Positions 60,876-64,000 of a stretch of 64,000 nt of DNA are shown here, one piece after another. The DNA is from Mytilus californianus (Eukaryota): the NCBI RefSeq assembly GCF_021869535.1, contig NW_026262701.1:31806001-31870000 (forward strand), read 5' to 3'. Within the stretch, counting starts at the first letter, position 1, and each line of letters starts with the position of its first letter. The notes under the pieces are model-generated. The model saw only the letters and a program-made list of their open reading frames with translations. It searched no databases and was not told the DNA's origin. Made by a program: the position numbers and the translations under genes.

Positions 60876-62529
60876 TTTTATGAAAATAAAGAATGTCCAA
60901 TTCATATGAATATAAAGAGATTTTGTGAGCATATCAAACATTCAACCAACAACCGACAGGGAACAGCTGAAAGGCAAAATGAGGTTTGCTGATAAAAAAA
61001 CTTACCCTTTTAAAACGTAGTCTTTTGAATGTTCAATGAAAAGCAGTCGATCTAGTCATGCTGATGTGATATGAATATAATAAATATATGAATAAGATTA
61101 AAATTTGTGGCTTAAACCTGTCGGCAATCAAACCTTAGCACGTCATCACTCGAGGAGAGCTCGCCACCATTATAAGGATAAGAGATGTTGGACAACAGCT
61201 ATGAGACTGCAGCTTTACAACACAAAAATCTGTTATCGGCAAGTATTCGTCGTCATCAAACTCAATAACTCAAGATTCAGACAAGAAGTGAATTTATTCA
61301 ATTAATACTGCCACAGATTCTTCTAGTGGTAAGTCTTAATTTCCGGACCGTCATCCCAGTCGACCTATTTTGTAGTACCTAAAATTAATTTATTTAGCAA
61401 CGGTCTATGTCGTTGTCAATATGAATGAAATAATTATAATGACGACAAACAAAATACGAACAACCAGCCTCTTCCAATTAAACGTAACCCCCCGTGGATT
61501 ACTTCCTCTTTGTCTATCCAAACTTTTGGCACTGATGGAAATTAAATCGAATGCAGAACATACAGTTCTTTTTATTTTATCCTAAAAAAAAACAGATGGA
61601 TTGTAGATGGTAAAATCTTATACCCGATATTAAATTCCGTTTACCTTCTGTAACGAAGGGAAGATCACGTATAAAGAGAACACTTTTTTTTCGACAAAAC
61701 CGTCTCTTGAGTACTTAATATCAGCAGAATTATATTATATAACAATACCGCCAGACAGAAAATAGAAATCAATTTCACAAACAGCTTTCAAATGACCAAC
61801 GAGACAATTAATTATCATAAATCAAAATCTAAGTATCCCTAACAAAAAACCATGAAATATACTATATATCTTTCTTAAAAGTATAGTAATTCAGTTTGAG
61901 TTCATACATCTATCTTCATATGTTTTAATGCGAAATAAAAGTTGAATAATAGTCAGCAAGGTAGGAAAGAAAGAGTGACTAATGTAAGTGCAATGTAAGA
62001 ATAAACTGAATGATGAGCGCCGAAGAGATGGATTTACATGGACTACGATCGGAAATTAGAAACATTTGTGTAGTTTGTTTCATCAATTATGGACACTCGT
62101 TTCAGAAAGATTCCCGAAAGTGATATCACAGCAAGAAACATACATCATTTTGAAAATCTTCAGGAGCTTAAACATTACATGCAATTTTGTGACTTAATCG
62201 GTAGTCTCAAAACATCCCAAAAGTTCTGAACTTCCAACTCAATTATTTATCACAATTAAAATTTTGAAGATTTGTGTAGCACTTGAATAATTTTGCTTTG
62301 AAACGATATTTATTTTTAACTTTTTTCTTTTTGTCGAATTTATACATGCGCACAGACCACAAGTGACTGACCAATTCACACAATGACGGTTATCTTCAGT
62401 ACTACATGTAGAGGTAATACCGTACTTTGGCATTGACTTTTACTGCATGTCATATGCGAGACGACCTGGTGATATGTCTTATCTGCAGACCGCATAGCTT
62501 GTCCGAAGACCGGCACAACTAAAAGTAAA

Positions 62530-63852
62530 ATGGCAGTGACGGTAGTTTTCGTTCTGTCTTTAGTTTTGTCAACGTACGGATTCTTGTTGGATAACGCCCC
62601 AACTAGTAGTCAAAGTAATTTATTTAACAGTCAGTACACGGGAAATGGCGAAAGTAAGTGATTTGTTATAATTGTAATTCTTATTCAATCTGAGTCAACT
62701 AGAATGTCTATCTTTTTAAAGGGGCACTAGCTGTCAAATTCATGTTCACCGATTTGACTCAAATTCTCATATTTGATTTATAACAATGTAAAACATTTAT
62801 CAAAATTATAAAAAGTAAATAATCAATTTACAGGGCATGGGCTCGATAATATGTAGCTTCGTTACGTGTGTATTTTAGTCTAGACGCCATCTAATTAACT
62901 ATCGAGTTGACCTCCAAATACCTCCGATGGCCATTTAAACATAAATATAGATATAAATAAAAACCGGACTCGTGCAATTGGATTTTTCTAGGTCTGTTTA
63001 ATTTCATATTATAGATTAAAAATATATATTAATCATCGTTTTTACCTGTATAAGAATGATTTTTTTGTGTGGATCGAATCAGTCACTCAAATGATTTACC
63101 TTTGTTTCACTTTCAATGTTGACATTCTTTTCCTTTGAATAACTCAGCACGCACGATTCATGTGTTATCCATCTCTAGCTAAGGGGTTAAATTGAAGTTC
63201 ACATGGATACGGGTTAAATGAGGTCGAATTATTCACTTGCAAGTGAATAATTCATAATCAATGTTTCTTAGCTTATTTTGACAAAATTGAACCATAGTGG
63301 CTGCTAAAAGCGATATATTATTTCACGATTTCACTTTCATTACTGATTGAACAAACAAAAAAATCATATTTTATATTTTTTTATATATCTCGTAGCTAAT
63401 GCCCCTTTAACTTTATTTGTATTTGTAAATTTTAGGATATGCAGTATAAAAATACTCCCGAGGAAAAGCTGTTCTAAATTTTAAACATGTTATTCATTAG
63501 ATAAAGACAGGCATATAAAGTTTTAAGTAGATACCGTATTTATAACCTGTACAGTTTTATGAAATGCAAACAGCCTGCATATCCACGGTTTCAAACTGTT
63601 ACAAATCCTCATTTTGAGAATATTTTTTTAGCTCCATTGTATTGGAGGAATCGAGCAAAATCTGACTTAGACAATGCTATCAAGAACCAACCAATTATTG
63701 GGAAAGCAAAAAATACCATAATCATGCTAGGAGATGGGATGAGCATGACGACTGTTACCTCAGCACGAATCCTCAAAGGTCAACTAAATGGTAAAACTGG
63801 AGAGGAGACTATACTTAGCTGGGAAACATTTCCAAATCTAGCGTTGTCTAAG
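62530..63852 (+). CDS. ALPL: Alkaline phosphatase, 5' part (gene continues beyond the window)
   Basis: Exon 62530-62653 encodes a signal-peptide-like MAVTVVFVLSLVLSTYG..; a phase-1 intron leads to exon 63632-63852 (PLYWRNRAK..AKNTIIMLGDGMSMTTVTSARILKGQLNGKTGEETILSWETFPNLALSK). It has the GDGM metal-binding motif and a donor after ALSK, as recalled for vertebrate ALPL. The symbol denotes family, not proven orthology. Confidence 0.93.
62720..63406. mobile_element. MITE in the first alkaline phosphatase intron (Kolobok-like with TTAA TSD, or Spy-like)
   Basis: TTAA-AGGGGCACTAGCT ... AGCTAATGCCCCT-TTAA, 13-bp TIR with 1 mismatch. Confidence 0.75.
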
Positions 63853-64000
63853 GTTTGGTTGATACTTTTAGAATTATCATTATCATATCATATAACTACA
63901 GTCTTCTAAAAAAATCAACATACTTAGTTGTAGAAAGGAAATGTAAATAAAAATTCCGGGTTTTTGATAGAAAAAAGTATATCTCACTAAATGCTCGTTG

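Noticed and set aside
1124-64000. The remaining 60-120 aa ORFs of the supplied track as genes
   Set aside because: Most start at TTG/GTG, are rich in F, I, K and Y as expected for AT-rich non-coding DNA, or overlap repeats.

Overview
AT-rich, intron-containing animal genomic DNA. The repeat content suggests a bivalve, probably Mytilus (inference). Most of the supplied ORF track is noise; the real genes were rebuilt by hand from GT-AG boundaries with matching intron phases. Genes: (1) an ABHD4/ABHD5-family alpha/beta hydrolase on the minus strand (copy A, 7283-23710); (2) a divergently oriented, more derived paralog on the plus strand (copy B, about 35152-39082) with the same intron positions; (3) an unrecognised 10-exon gene of about 434 aa (42384-60310); (4) the first two coding exons of an alkaline phosphatase (62530-63852). 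The introns hold a dead RTE-X-like LINE, an apparently intact 4.9-kb TIR transposon (CAC termini, TTTA TSD, DD40D Sola2-like transposase with a Tudor-like tail) nested in a Helentron/HINE-like element, two Spy-like MITEs inserted at AAA^TTT with no TSD, PIF-like MITEs, SINE fragments and many HINE-like elements with internal tandem arrays. Most notable: (a) a 37-bp minisatellite made from an exon end plus its splice donor, one of three splice-site-copying duplications in the window; (b) an ABHD4/5-like split between the paralogs, where A keeps the Trp anchor and the R299/G328-type surface and B has lost the anchor and has R->E; (c) the intact transposon with unusual termini and a dispersed 12-mer. 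No rRNA, tRNA gene or CRISPR array was found.
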